Positions 51,275 through 64,000 of a DNA stretch of 64,000 nt are shown piece after piece (position 1 is the stretch's first letter; the number at the start of each line of letters is the position of its first letter). The notes below the pieces were generated by a model. The model did not search any database and had not been told where the DNA came from. It saw only the letters and a program-made list of their open reading frames with translations. The stretch comes from Callorhinchus milii. Taxonomy: Eukaryota. The translations under genes were made by a program, and so were the position numbers. The DNA is taken from NCBI RefSeq assembly GCF_018977255.1, contig NW_024704743.1:31188001-31252000 (forward strand). Reading direction: 5' to 3'.

Positions 51275-51965
51275 CCGAGTCAGAAGATTGTAGGTTCAAC
51301 TTTGAGCTCAGAGTCCAGGCTGACACTCCAGTGTAGTACTATGGGGTGCACTGCATTGTAGGAGGTGCCATTCCTCAAATGAGGTGTTAAACCTCATTTG
51401 TGTTTGTGGAGTCCTGTAGCTCAGTGGTTAGAGCACTCGCTTTGCAAGCGAGAGACCTGAGTTCAATTCCAGGCAGGTCAGGGCGAAACCTTGGGCAAGT
51501 TTCCTTACTCCACACCCCTAATAATAATCCCTCCAAAAACAAAAAACAATAATAAAATTGGTCATTTTCAATCTACGACTGTTTGTGGGACATTGCTGTG
51601 TGCAATTGGCTGCCGCGTTCGCCCACAAATTTATAGTATGTTCTGTGAATCGCTTCGGGACGTCCTCCCGACGTGAAAAGCGCTATATCAAATGCAAGGA
51701 TTATTATTATTATTAAACTGTGGTGCCGTTTGCTTGTTCAGGTGGAATTTAAAGATCCCATGGCATTATTGTTAAAGAGAAGGGAAGTTCTGGCCAACAA
51801 TTTCCCAGAAAAATAATTGGTCATTAACTTCATTGCTGTTTCTAAGGCATTGTTGTGCACAAATTGGCTGCTATATTCATCTACAAAACACAGTCTCTCC
51901 ATTTATAGTAAAATCTTGTGAAGTGACCACATAAGACACTATATCAAAGCAAGGACTATTATTAT
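51275..51965 (+). mobile_element. Deu-domain SINE interrupted by a young SINE
   Basis: Deu core stops at GAGGTGTTAAAC (51392) and resumes TTAAACTGTGGTGCCGTTTGC (51713). Confidence 0.8.
51408..51714 (+). mobile_element. Young tRNA-SINE, short form, full length
   Basis: GGAGTCCTGTAGCTCAGTGGTTAGAGC...GTTCAATTCC...(TTA)n. Confidence 0.93.
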
Positions 51966-52211
51966 TAGAGCTTCATCCTTCTTGTGAGTAGCTGGACAGT
52001 GATTGACAGTGGGCAATTCTACCATGACATCACTATTTGAACTCAATCCTGCCGCATTTTATTCTTTATATGAACATTTTCAATGTCTGCTAAAGCACGT
52101 CAGTAGTCATAATTTTGCTTGAGTATCATAATAATGGCCAGCTCATCAGATAACAAGTAACAAATGTACCTTATTACTTTTCGTTTAAAACCACTGATTA
52201 TACCAGACCAC

Positions 52212-52279
52212 AATAATAATAATAATAATAATAATAATAATCCTTGCATTTGATATAGCGCTTTTCACGTCGGGAGGAC
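52212..52279 (-). mobile_element. Severely truncated SINE tail with (AAT)n run
   Basis: (AAT)n-CCTTGCATTTGATATAGCGCTTTTCACGTCGGGAGGAC. Confidence 0.85.
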
Positions 52280-53037
52280 TTGGTACCAGCAGTGGGTAGT
52301 CCGCTCAACAATTCTATGTGAAATGTGCACGGGCAGTCTTAACTCATTCACGAGTGAATGTGTACCCTGAGCTCATAAAATGGTACAAAGCATATCAGGT
52401 TGGTACTGAACTCAGAAAAGGCCTCAGAATGGCTGGGACAGGAAGTTGTAAAGTACATATTTGTGGGGGAAGAGGAAATAAGAGTATTGAGTCCACCAAT
52501 CTGCATCTGGGTATGCAGTTCTTAACCTTAGAATGATCAATAATGACTTTAGACAAAATGTGTTCCATTTCCAATTGGTGACAACACTCAAGTCAATATA
52601 ATATTACCTGACTATTTTTAACAAGCTGTATGATAGTTCTGCTGAAAAGGTATCGTGATAAATATTGTATTCAGCAACTTTTATATTATATATTATTATA
52701 TTACTGAATGTTGAACTCAGTAAATAGAACCACAAATCTTCCACTCACTGGATTATGCATTTCAAAATTGTGTACTTGTTTTCCGGTTGAACCAACAAAA
52801 CTTCCTATAAGTCACGTTTTAATAATGTTTGTGCAATTTAGCTTTTCCTTCCACTTGTCTGCTCTTACAAGCTATGTGTTTTTTTCCAGTTGAGAGAGCA
52901 AGATAGTCGAGGCCACAACCATTAATGTTCTATGACCAATGAGGCAATGTGATTAAATAAGTGAATACAATTCTGATTAAATAAGCCTACCAATTTCTGC
53001 TGAATTACAGGTGGGTTTTCATGTTGTGGATCTGCAC

Positions 53038-53250
53038 CCAATTGCGCACAGCAGTGTCTCACAAATAGTTGTGGATTGAGTGACCAAATTATTATTTGTT
53101 TTTTAATTTTTTTGGGGGAGGGATTGTTACTCCCGGAGATCGATCTGCCAATCGACTTACAACTAGCTTCCTATGTACTACTAAGTAAACAGAGGTGTGT
53201 TGAGTAAGGAAAATTGCCCAACGTTTCACCCTGCCCGGGATTCGAAATGG
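53038..53250 (-). mobile_element. Young tRNA-SINE, long form, internal fragment
   Basis: Reverse complement is colinear with 20660-20870. Confidence 0.82.
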
Positions 53251-56200
53251 GCATATTTATTATTTGCTCATAATCCTTGCAATTTGATCTAGCACCTTTC
53301 ATGTTGGCAGGATGTCACATTGACAGAATTTACTGTAAAGTGCAGTAACTGTGCATCTTGTAGGCAAACACAACTGAGAGACGATGTCCATCTAATCAGT
53401 AAGGGCATATTTTGACTGCCAAAAGTAAAAAGACACCACCCAGCTCCCCAAACTAACCTCTTATCGATCCACAACACCTGTGATATGGGCTTCTGATTCC
53501 TGTGAGAGGTAACTTCTGTCCAGCAACAAGGTGGAAAGAACACAATCTCTGGCCTTTATCACTCTCTGAGGTTTGGGAAAATACGTGTCTATTTTTCCTA
53601 CGGTCGTTTCTCACTGTGGTCATTGTCTTGACAAGATTTCACCATTATTACCAGCCAATATAGGCAACAGGCCACTGAGCTATTTATTGTATAATTGAAA
53701 CTGCAGCACTACTAACATTTTCCATCAACATACCACACAACCTGCTAAAATATTCATATTCTCACAAATCATGACTATATGGCAGAGAACCGCTGATGCA
53801 TTTTACATGAAATGTTATCTTTCTTATTAAATGAATAGACATTGTGCTGACGGTGTATTGATAGTGTACTACGTTAAAGGATATAGTGGGTTGATTTTCA
53901 AACTTTTAATACAAAGGCTGCATAAATAAAAACGATTCTCTGTATTACAAACAATGACTTTAGGCAGTTAAAAAAATCAGAGAGTTTGTGCTGTCAAGAC
54001 ACTTAGCTATAGTTATTTTGAAATTAATCTGGTTCAGCCTCCTGGTGCTTGCATGGAAATATTGAGGGAAAATTTACACACCATGTTTAAATACAATTTG
54101 CATTTGATAATGCTTAAACACACCAGGATATTCAATCAGATTAATATCAGGATAATTGCAAAGAGCTCTGTGACAGTGGGGACCCTCCAGTTGAAATCTC
54201 ATTCACTTTAAAACCAGCTGGCCTGTCAAGATCATGCAAGCGGTACAGTCATTAATATAACAAATTTGATTGTTAATGTGCACATGTGTAAAAATGGAAC
54301 GGTTTATATTATTTTACATTTATTTCCAATAAATTGAGAACCTCTTCTTGGATCACCATCTTGGAACTGAACCAGCTCAGTGAGCTACAGCTGCATGTTC
54401 CTTACCTTCATCGGCAGACTCATTTCCCTCTGTAAAGGGACAGATCCGACAAGATCACTGTAGCATCTGTCATTGCACCTGACCATGCACAACTGTACAG
54501 AGTTGTAAGACGAGCTGAGCTGACAGCCACCTGGTCTTAAAATATCAACTGTAGGAAATTATATACTAAAACATGTAATGTATTTTGTTAAAGAAGGTAG
54601 AAATACCCAGAGGGACAAAAAATCAACATATGTATAAACCAAAGCAGTTTGGAAAGTTCAGGATATTTATATACCTGAGATAGTAGGACTATACTGTTCA
54701 GAATGGTAAAAATTCTCCATTTCAGAGAAACAGTGTAAAGTTCCAAACATCTACTGAGTATAATGAAACGCTGCAGTACCAATCTTCTAGTACTGCAGGA
54801 AGTTGTACAATTCCCATTGCTCACAGAAACCTGGTACAACACAGAAATCGTACAACTTGTAATTCTGTAAAATAACCTCTAAGCCTCTAAACTTGTGATA
54901 TCTTCATTGGTCAGGACGCGGAAAGAAAAATGTCACCAGCCCTGCGATGTAAACAAATGATCTTTATCTAAAATCTGCTAGATGTGGCAGCCTGTTAAAC
55001 ATTTAATTCTCAAAACCATTTAGTAACTCAATTCTTTTTCTTGTTTCTGCTCAATCTCTACGATCGAACACTTAAACAGTGTTGCCAACTTAAAAGTTTT
55101 CAAAGTTGGGTAATTCACACAAAATTTTTTACCGTGTGTGGACTTATGTGTAAACCTGAAGATATTTTGAGCAGACTTTGTGTATGATTATAATAGCGCT
55201 CAGGGGAAGGGGATTTTAAATGGGCTCTCTCTCTGGGACTGAGTTGGCTACTCCAAGGTAACACGTCTGGCAACAGATCAGAATCAAGTCGATCTTCTGT
55301 TACAGCGGCAGGAATCCAAACCCTGAGCCAGGCTGGTTCGCAGCACTCCACAGCATTATTGATGACTGACCAGCCAGTCTGGCTCGTTGGCAAGACTTCG
55401 AAAAGCAGACCAGTGACCTGCCATCCTTCACCTAATTAGGCATTAGGTAAGCAGCATTTTTCTCTCCAGAGAGAGTGCACTGCATACCAGTCCAACTGAA
55501 ACCACGCAGACATGAAACTCTTAGTAGTTTGGTTTGGAGACTCTTTAAGCATGGCGATGGGTTTCCTGTATATGAAGGGAGACACGCACATCCACACAGC
55601 ATTATGAGAAAGCCAAGTTTTGAAACGAAACAGATGATCTTTGAGACAAAGTGCTCACTTCACTTAAAAAATAAGCTGTTAATATAAAACAAACCATGAA
55701 GTATGTATTTCAACAAGTATTTACAATACCTAAAGTTGTAAAGCAGCTTTAATTTTAGCTGCAATATAATTTGTGTGCTACCCACTTCCGGTTTTGGAGT
55801 ACAAGGTTTGTAGTGGTAACTGTGAAAATCATTCACAACCACAACTCATGCAGAACTAGTGTCAAGGATTCAGTTCTAATTTGTATGCAAGTTTGAAAGC
55901 AAAGTTGAGCATTGGTTCCAAATAGTTGCTTGGTTCACTTCCAACAACCATCCCTTGGAAGCACAGAAAACAATCAACTAAGAGAACCCACCCAAAAAAC
56001 GGAAGTAATCCCAAAGTTACACGAGACAGTTACAAGCAGTGTCCATAAAAACAATTATATTGTTCTAAAAAGAGATTGTTTCACTTCTGTTGAATTACAC
56101 ATCTTTCAATTACAAAGAAAAGACGAACAGTACAGCATGCGTCCTGGTTGTCCTCTCGTAACTTGGGGGTTCAAATAGGGCAAGCCTGTCACTTGACGAA

Positions 56201-56644
56201 TAAAACTATCCAAACTTCAAGTTCTATACTCTTGGGTAATTGAAAAGTAAATCTGGAATCCGAGTTCAGTGTAACTTCATCTCCAATTGCAAATAGGTAA
56301 GTCAAATTCATGCAGCCTGTCCTTTTTTCCATTGATCCCAGTTAAATAGCCACTTGTTATTGAGCATTAGCCCCTTAGAATCCAAATACACTTCAAATAC
56401 ACAAATAAATCATGCATCATAACTCCAGCCTCAACACTCAAAATGCAATACTAAATACAGTTTCCTCACACTATTTTCAATACAACAATGCAATTTTATG
56501 TTTATGATGCCTTTCGAGTCAGGAGATCCCAAGTATCTGAACAGTCCAGAGTTTGCACCCGAGCAGGGCGTGGGGGCTGAGGGGGAGGAGAGTGTGATGG
56601 GGGATTTCATCATTATACTGTGTGCTCTGTCAGCCTGGTGATGT

Positions 56645-57045
56645 ATCAGCCTGGCTCATTTGGTAACACTCTCGCCTCTGAGTTAGAAGGTTGTAGGTTT
56701 TGCTGACACTCCAATACAGGGGTGCGGAGGTGTTGCATTGTTAGAGGTAGGGTCCATCAGGTGAGGCATTAAACCAAGTCATGACTCAGAATGAGAAGGA
56801 AGTTTCTCCCAATTTCCTGGCTAGCAATCCCCAAATAATATTGGTCATTTGTTTCATGGCTGTTAGTAGGTCATTTCTCGTGCAATTGGGCTGCCTCATT
56901 CACCTACAAATAGTCAACAACAACAACAACTTGGATTCATATAACACCCTCCACACCAGACGGCGTCTCAGAGCGCTTCACAGTGAAGCAGCTTGAGACA
57001 TCCTCCTGACATGTAACATGCTTCACCAAGTGCAAGAATTATTAT
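56645..57045 (+). mobile_element. Deu-domain SINE with a nested minus-strand L2 tail (about 56916-56990)
   Basis: GGCTCATTTGGTAACACTCTCGCCTCTGAGTTAGAAGGTTG head, Deu core, and a (CAA)n insert. Confidence 0.7.
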
Positions 57046-57614
57046 TCTACATGTGTAAAAACAATCCAAGTTTACAAAACATAAGTATTAATTATCATGA
57101 CCATCAAGGATTTTAAATGGGCACAAAACTTGCACTGATTGAATCAAGTTAGTCCTGGAGCAAACAGCATAGGATTAGTTTTAACAATGGTTGATAAAAA
57201 TATTAATATAGCACAGGTCCACCTACTGAAGTCTGTAAACAATAAGGGATATAATAAGGAATATGATCCTGCCAGTACTGAATTACATTTACTCCTTGTA
57301 ACATCCAAATGATTTCCATGATTTTCACAGTCGATCTGCTGGAAACATTTTTAAAGCAGCAGAAAAATAACCAAATTGAGGTCAGACAAAATTCTTATTA
57401 ATGACTAATGTCGGAAACCCTGAGTTGTTCGGTTCTCCAAGTGGAACCATTAAACGTTTAAAAAAAACTCTAAAAAACTTGTGACATGGGTAATTGTTGT
57501 ATAAAGGCAGATTCAACTGTTTGCAATCAATAGGTGCATGCTCTGCTAACTTCTCTGTATTTAACAGGCACATGGGCATATTGAGTTATATTTCAAGTAA
57601 TAATGTGAGTGTTA

Positions 57615-58000
57615 GCTGTCAGTTTGCTTCAGTTGATAGTACTCTTTTGGAACAGAAGTTTGTGAGTTGAAGCCACTTGTTAAGACTTGAGCTCATGCTC
57701 TAGGCAATCACTATGGCAGAGCACTGCATTGTCAGAGGTGCCATCCTTCAAGATGGAGCATTAAATGGAGGTCCCCATCTGCCTGTTCAGGGGGATGTTA
57801 AAGATCCCGTGGCACTTCTCGAGAAGAGAAGGGAGTTGCTCCTGGTGTCCTCGCCAACAATCCTACGCAAATTGGTCATTCACCGCGTGACTTCTTGTCC
57901 GACCTTTCTAGCACAAAAGGCAGCAGCACTTACTGCTGCTGAGAATAATTATTGATGAAGGGCTCTGAGATTTTTGATATGATATGGAACTATAAAAATA
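57615..58000 (+). mobile_element. Deu-domain SINE
   Basis: CTGCATTGTCAGAGGTGCCATCCTTC...GGATGTTAAAGATCCCGTGGCACTTCTCGAG...GGTGTCCT. Confidence 0.78.
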
Positions 58001-58092
58001 CAAACGTTCTAAGTTCTTTAAGACAGATGTGTGTACAGCATTACAGTAAAGTAGGATAATGTGGCGAGAGCATTTTCAGTATGAAGTACTAA

Positions 58093-58335
58093 GGAGTCCT
58101 GTAGCTCAGTGGTTAGAGCACTCGCCTCACAAGCAAGAGACTTGGGTTCAATCCCAGCAGGGCGAAATGTTGGGCAACTTTTCTTACTCTACACTCCTCG
58201 GTTTACCTAGCAGTAAGTAGGAACCCAGTTGTTAGTCGATTGGCAGATCGCTTTTCCAGGGGTAATAATTCCTTCAAAAAAATGATAAATTGATCACTTC
58301 AATCCATGACTGTTTGTGGGACACTGCTGTGTGCA
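58093..58335 (+). mobile_element. Young tRNA-SINE, long form, lacking the 3' tail
   Basis: Head and central segment are colinear with 20600. Confidence 0.88.
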
Positions 58336-58904
58336 AAATGTGTCATTAAAAATGGAAATTAGCTCTAAATAAGCTATTAAAGCTATGTAAAATACCTTCC
58401 AACTTGCTCAGCAGAACTGTTACACACCATTAAAAAGAATTTAATGTCTGATAGAACCTGATTCACAATTTCCAAGCCTATGCTTACTAGTTTCAGGCAG
58501 TTATTGAATATCGCACAGCAATTTAAAGACAAAATCAATGTATTCTATCATTTCATAGTACTTGGGGAGCACCAATGCATTTTCTTTGAAACTGAACCAG
58601 ATGCATTAGATAATTGGAGAAATGTTCTTTAGAGGCATAAATTCTGATAAAATATTAAATGAATATATGTCGTCATTTCAAACAATGTTGTAATTCGAAA
58701 GAATAAATCAACCACATTGTTGTTGTCAGGATATTTTGTTTTATACTACACAACACCAACTTTTCTGCGATACATATGGGATGAAGTTCCATTTGTATCT
58801 AGATTTTGGAGCATTTGGCAAATTGTTGAATCAGTCGTAACCTTGAAGTAGGTTTTCTGCAGTTCTTAAAAGAACCTAGAGGAAACACCACCCCTCCTCC
58901 AATA

Positions 58905-59163
58905 GTTGTTTAAAGAAACAGAGGGGAGGTGAGGAGAAATATTTTCACACAGTGAGCTGTGATCTGGAATGCATGCCTGAAAGGGTGTTGGAAGCCGATT
59001 CAACAACAATGTTTAAGAGAGTAGATAATTATTTGGGGAGGTAAAGTTTGCAGGGCTATGGGGAAAGAGTGGGGGAGTGGGATTGATTTGGATAGCTCTT
59101 TTCAAAGAGCTGGCACAGACAAGATGGGCCAAATGGCCTCCTTCTGTGTTGTATAATTCTATG
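58905..59163 (+). mobile_element. CR1 LINE 3' end
   Basis: Homologous to 15625-15900. Confidence 0.85.
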
Positions 59164-60315
59164 AAAACAGACTTCAAAATGTGCAAAAATTGGCTGAATT
59201 CCAGACACTTTAAAATGCTACGTGAAAAGAGTCAATCTCGACCCAGGATTTTCCCCAATCAAGAATAATATGGCTGGGAATGTGATATCATTGGAGCAGC
59301 CCAGCAACAGACAGTAGGTTCAAAGATCAGGGAGGTCCATTCATGGAATGGGCGGAGAAAAGAAATCACACAAATTCGTCCCGATCCACCTGTGGGCTCA
59401 GTTCTACTCCTCACACATTATTTCCAGACTAATGTACCTTGGCATTCTGCCACACGAACGGGGTTGTACTTTGTGTTGATGCTCAACCAAACTTATACGT
59501 GTGACACACACAGAACTACAAAGCACCCTCCCTACAAGCAAATTAGTGTTATAACAAAAGCATGTCAGAACAGACCTGTACTGTACATTGCTAGCACCAA
59601 CTGAATGAGTAACGGTGGGGGGGGGGGTTAATGGTAGTTTATAGTAGTTTATTGTCACAATACAATCACACAGAAGTGTGGTACATCTAGTGGAACATGT
59701 AATCACCCAGAAAACATCAGGTGTCTGACTCTTGCGGAAACCCATCACCATGCTTAAGAGTATCCAAACCAAGCTGAGATTTCCACGCGTCCCACCTACA
59801 CGTGGAAATCCCAGAGATGGATTGTTGGAATGGAATGCGCACTCTCTCCTTGCAGATTGGCAAGGGCTAAGGCATAGGGATGCCAGTGTGCATTGGGGCA
59901 ACTGCTGGAGTCTAAGCAGCTAAAACTGCATAGCTTGTCATTGATATTGCTATCCATTCAGCAAGCTTTCCCGTTGCTTATCCGGCTAGGACCACACTAC
60001 CCGTTAGGGGTTTGGCTTGCAGAGTAACAGGAGCTGAGTGGGTTGACTCCCTGGCCCAGTGACTTCCATTCCTGCCGATGAGCCAGGCTGGCTGTACTAT
60101 CATCAGCAGTGCCCAGGAATACTGCGGACTCACCTGGCTCAGGAACTGGACTACCGAGACCGCTCAAGAGGGCTGGCTCGATTCCAGCATTCTATTGCCA
60201 GGCATATCACCCTGGATTCAAAGCAGCTCCAAGGAGATCCCGCTTACCTCCACCCCCCCACCCTCATCATCCCCAAGGAATACAGTAGAAAACATCTAGA
60301 GACATATAAACTTGG

Positions 60316-60684
60316 ATAATAATAATCCTTGCATTCAATATTATCAGGTCTTTGAGACGTTTCAAAGCGCTTCACGGAATATACTGCAAAGTTAATTGAC
60401 TGTATACTTTGAAGGTAAAACCCAGCAGCCAATTGAACACAGCAGTGTCCCACAAACAGTCATGGATTGAGTGACCTATTTATTTATTATTATTTTTTTG
60501 AAGGAATTATTACCCCCAGAAAAGTGATCTGCCAATCGACTAATAAGCAAGTTCCTGCTTTCTGTAAGGTAAACAGAAGCGCAAGGAGTAATGAAACTTG
60601 CCCAACGTGTCGCCCTGCCCAGGAATCAAACCCAGGTCTCTCGCTTGCGAGGCGAGTGGTCTAACCATTGAGCTACAAGACTCC
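60316..60684 (-). mobile_element. Young tRNA-SINE, long form, full length
   Basis: Reverse complement is colinear with 20600. Confidence 0.9.
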
Positions 60685-61264
60685 CTGTGGATATACTCAC
60701 AGAAATGTACTACAGTATTTCATTACAAGAAGTATTTTATCAAATTGCCTGCAGAACATTCTCTGAAATTCATCTATTCTCTATCTTCGTAGCTCTTTTA
60801 TCATGTCAGAATGAAATTCTTAATTAACAACAAAATACTAGTGCCAATTTCCCCACATATATTATCAATTAAGCTAATAGAGCACTTGTATCAAAGGTTA
60901 CAACAAATCTATTTAAAATTCCCACTAACCAACCTAGACTTAAAATACTTCCTTTCCTTCTTAAAAATAAATTTGCTGCTATTAAAAAAAATCTGAGGAA
61001 TTTTTGATGAGCCAATAAATTGTGTAGCAACTAACTACCGGTGCAAGTGTCACCTTTAATTAAAGGAGATAAAGGCTTAGTACAACATTTTAAATGTGCT
61101 AGAAAGAGTCATTTAGAGTAATATGCAAAACCTCTACAAACTCTCTTTAAACTGCATTTAATAGACAGAAACTAAACTTTCGTCTTACATTCCATCAGCA
61201 GGAGGAAATGAACACTAAAACATAATTTCCAAATCCAGATAAATACGCAATGAGTTTAACACAT

Positions 61265-61577
61265 GGAGTCCTGCAGCTCAGTGGTTAGAGCACTCGCCTC
61301 GCAAGCGAGAGACCTGAAATTGATTCCCGGCAGGGCGAAACCTTGGGCAAGTTTCCTTACTCCACACGCCTGATAATAATCCCTCAAGAAAAAAAACAAT
61401 AATAAATTGGTCACTCAATCCACGACTGTTCGTGGGACACTGCTGTGCACGATTGGCTGCCGCGTTTCACCCACAAAATATACAATCAATTTACTTTACA
61501 GTATATTCTGTGAAGCGCTTTGAGACGTCCAAAAGACGTGAAAAGCTCTATATCAAATGCAAGGATTATTATTATTA
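61265..61577 (+). mobile_element. Young tRNA-SINE, short body with older-type tail
   Basis: Lacks the central segment, but the tail is GAGACGTCCAAAAGACGTG. Confidence 0.92.
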
Positions 61578-61869
61578 GTTCAATTGTGAAGTAGAAAAAG
61601 CAGGCGGCTCAACTAAATGTGTAGTTACTGTGTTTCTGTAAATAAAGGTTTCCTTCACACATTACATTAGCCATATTTAACATTCGCATGGGTTTAATGT
61701 ACTGTGAGCACACCTGTTCTAAGAAGCATTCCAAGTCACATTGCATGTCATTTCAAACTCATTTGAAGCAGATTTACCAGGACGCCTCCTCACAACAAAT
61801 ATTTTCCTTTATTCTGAGAGAGGCTATTTGAATATTACTATTCGCAATCCTATGCAATCCTAGTATTGT

Positions 61870-62198
61870 GGAGCCCTGTAGCTCAGTGGTTAGAGCACTC
61901 GCTTCGCAAGTGAGAGACCTGAGTTCAATTCCAGGCAGGACGAAACCTTGGGCAAGTTTCCTTACTCCACACGCCTAATAATAATCCCTCCAAAACAACC
62001 CAAAACAATAATAAAATTGGTCATTTTCAATCTACGACTGTTTGTGGGACATTGCTGTGCGCAATTGGCTGCCGCGTTCGCCCACAAATATACAGTCAAT
62101 TCACTTTACAGTGTGCTCTGTGAAGCACTTTGGGACGTCCTCCCGACGTGAAAAGCGCTATATCAAATGCAAGGATTATTATTATTATTACTATTATT
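61870..62198 (+). mobile_element. Young tRNA-SINE, short form, full length
   Basis: A/B boxes, CCTTGGGCAAG, Deu-like 3' part, tail GGGACGTCCTCCCGACGTG and (TTA)n. Confidence 0.93.
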
Positions 62199-62802
62199 AA
62201 TCCGTGGTTGCAAAACAGAAAAAGACCCTGAAGGTAGAATAGTGGGCACAATGCTAGGTGGGGAACTTCACTTGAAAAAGATCAAGCAGATTGCAATTAT
62301 TTTTTTGTTCTCTTTCGCATACCTTGCATTATTATCCTCAAAGTATTACTTTTGAAGGTGTTGGTGGGACAGCAGAAATAGCTAGATTGGGTGGGAATAA
62401 ATTCTGCAATAGTGACGATGTGTATTCACAAGGGTTTTTTTTTATCATTCACACAGGTCATCAAACTTCAGTAAATTAACTCCCAATACTGCACTCTTGG
62501 TCAGATCTGTGCAGCGACTGGTGCAACCCCTTTATAACACCTTCAGTAAAGCACTGCCTCACTTATAAGACATGTGGGTAATGGTTCCAGATCTTTTGAG
62601 GTATCAAGCAAACTGAACCTGAGCATAGAAAGCCAATTGGCTAGATATGGTCTACTTCCAGGTCATCGGACCACAACCAACAATACCTCCCAAGGAAGCC
62701 CTTGCCAGGAAGCTTCCAGTCCTACAAAAAGGCCACTTTCTGAGTCATAGGTTGCTGACGGCATCACTTCCTTCACACTGTGTACATTTAGGTTCTTGTA
62801 TT

Positions 62803-63385
62803 CAACAACAACAATATAGCGCCTTCACATGGGGTAGCGCCCCGGAGCACTTGACTGTGGCGGAGTCTGACCCCGAGCCACGTGAGAAGGAGGGGAAGGT
62901 GACCGTAAGTACGATCAAAAAGGAAGGTCTTTTGGTGGGATTTGAAAGTGGGGACAGAGGGGGCAAGGTGGAGGGATTGAGGGAGAGAGGTCCAGAGTTT
63001 TGGGATATAGTACCTGAAGGCACAGCCACCGATGGTGGAGCGGAGGGGACGAGGGATGAACAGGAGGCTGGAGCCAGCCAAGCAGAGGCAGCGGGTCGGG
63101 GAATGGAGGTAGCAAATTGGACAGGTAGGGAGGTGCAAGGGGCAAGGGCATGAAGGGACTTGAAAACGAGTGAGAGAATCTTGAAATTAATTTGTTCAGT
63201 AATTGGGAGCCAGTAGAGCCTGGCAAGGGCTGGTGTGATTGGCGTCCGGAGTTTTGTGGGGGTGAGAATCTGGGCGACAGAGAAGTAGATTTGGGTGTCA
63301 TCCGCATACATGTGGAAGTTGACCTCATGTCTGCGGGAGGAGAAACCGTTTGCCGAGATGTATTGCTGGTGGTTAGTCAAGTAGG
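62803..63385 (-). mobile_element. L2 fragment with multiple internal deletions
   Basis: QYISANGFSS / VNFHMYADDTQIY / ITPALARLYWLP..INFKIL segments are directly adjacent; L2 tail at 62803. Confidence 0.88.
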
Positions 63386-64000
63386 ACCCGAGTCAAGCAG
63401 GGCACTGTGTATACACGGTGTGCAGGAAGACGTCAGCAGCAAACTGATAACCCAGACTTTGGCCATTTTTATAAATGCACAGGAAGTTGGTCGGTTGCAT
63501 GCTGAAACCAACATCGGATACATAGGGCACCTGGCTTATAAGCAAAGCAGCACCGTAACAACCACATCTCTTGGTTGTATTGTTGAAATGACAACTCACA
63601 AATGGACTGTTTTTTTGTTTGTATTTCAGAAGTCTTTTGTCAAACCATCCATATTTTGAGTAGCTCCCTTTGACCTGACTTACATTTTTGATCCGCTTCA
63701 AAAAGAAAATAATTTAAGTGAAATACCAATGACCATTGTGCAGCTTATCACTAAACTTGAAAAAAAGTGTGTAGACTAATTATCCTCCAGATGTAGCTGG
63801 GACAAAGGGGAGAGTCAGGGAGGCAAGTTATGAGGTCCTGGGGCAAAACAGTATGATGAGACTTAATTTTATCACAGTGAGGATGCAAAGGGAACGTAGA
63901 GTGTGTTTTCAGTGGGGGATATTAAAACAAAAAGTACTCATACAGGATATTGTTTTCCTTTAAAACTCCATCAGTGGACCAGGTAGCTTCCTTCATATTC

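Noticed and set aside
51408..51485. tRNA-Ala-like gene (anticodon arm CTCGC-TTTGCAA-GCGAG), also at 61265, 61870, 58093 and elsewhere
   Set aside because: Always followed by the same SINE body and tail; the anticodon varies between copies. These are SINE heads, not tRNA genes.
1..64000. CRISPR array, operon or prokaryotic defence system
   Set aside because: The sequence is vertebrate intronic DNA; repeats are dispersed retroelements, not regularly spaced repeat-spacer units.

Overview
Eukaryotic, repeat-rich intronic DNA. The repeat content (L2 and CR1 LINEs, Deu-domain SINEs, Penelope-like fragments) points to a cartilaginous fish, probably a chimaera or elephant-shark type genome; that is inference. 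The only host coding sequence I can support is one 104-bp minus-strand exon (39968-40071) of CDKAL1, the tRNA methylthiotransferase, carrying the radical-SAM CxxxCxxC motif. I could not find the neighbouring CDKAL1 exons, so the rest appears to be two large introns. They hold about 20 copies of a young tRNA-headed SINE with an L2-type tail, older Deu-SINEs and AmnSINE2-like SINEs, L2 and CR1 fragments, a Tigger-like MITE, two Penelope fragments with degenerate hammerhead-ribozyme cores, and several repeat-free, motif-dense blocks that may be enhancers. The most unusual signal is that several SINE insertions carry foreign or inverted DNA at their 5' junction. The clearest case is an antisense Penelope/hammerhead fragment fused to a SINE inside an exact 15-bp target-site duplication. 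Family names are from memory of consensus sequences, not from a search, and repeat boundaries are approximate.
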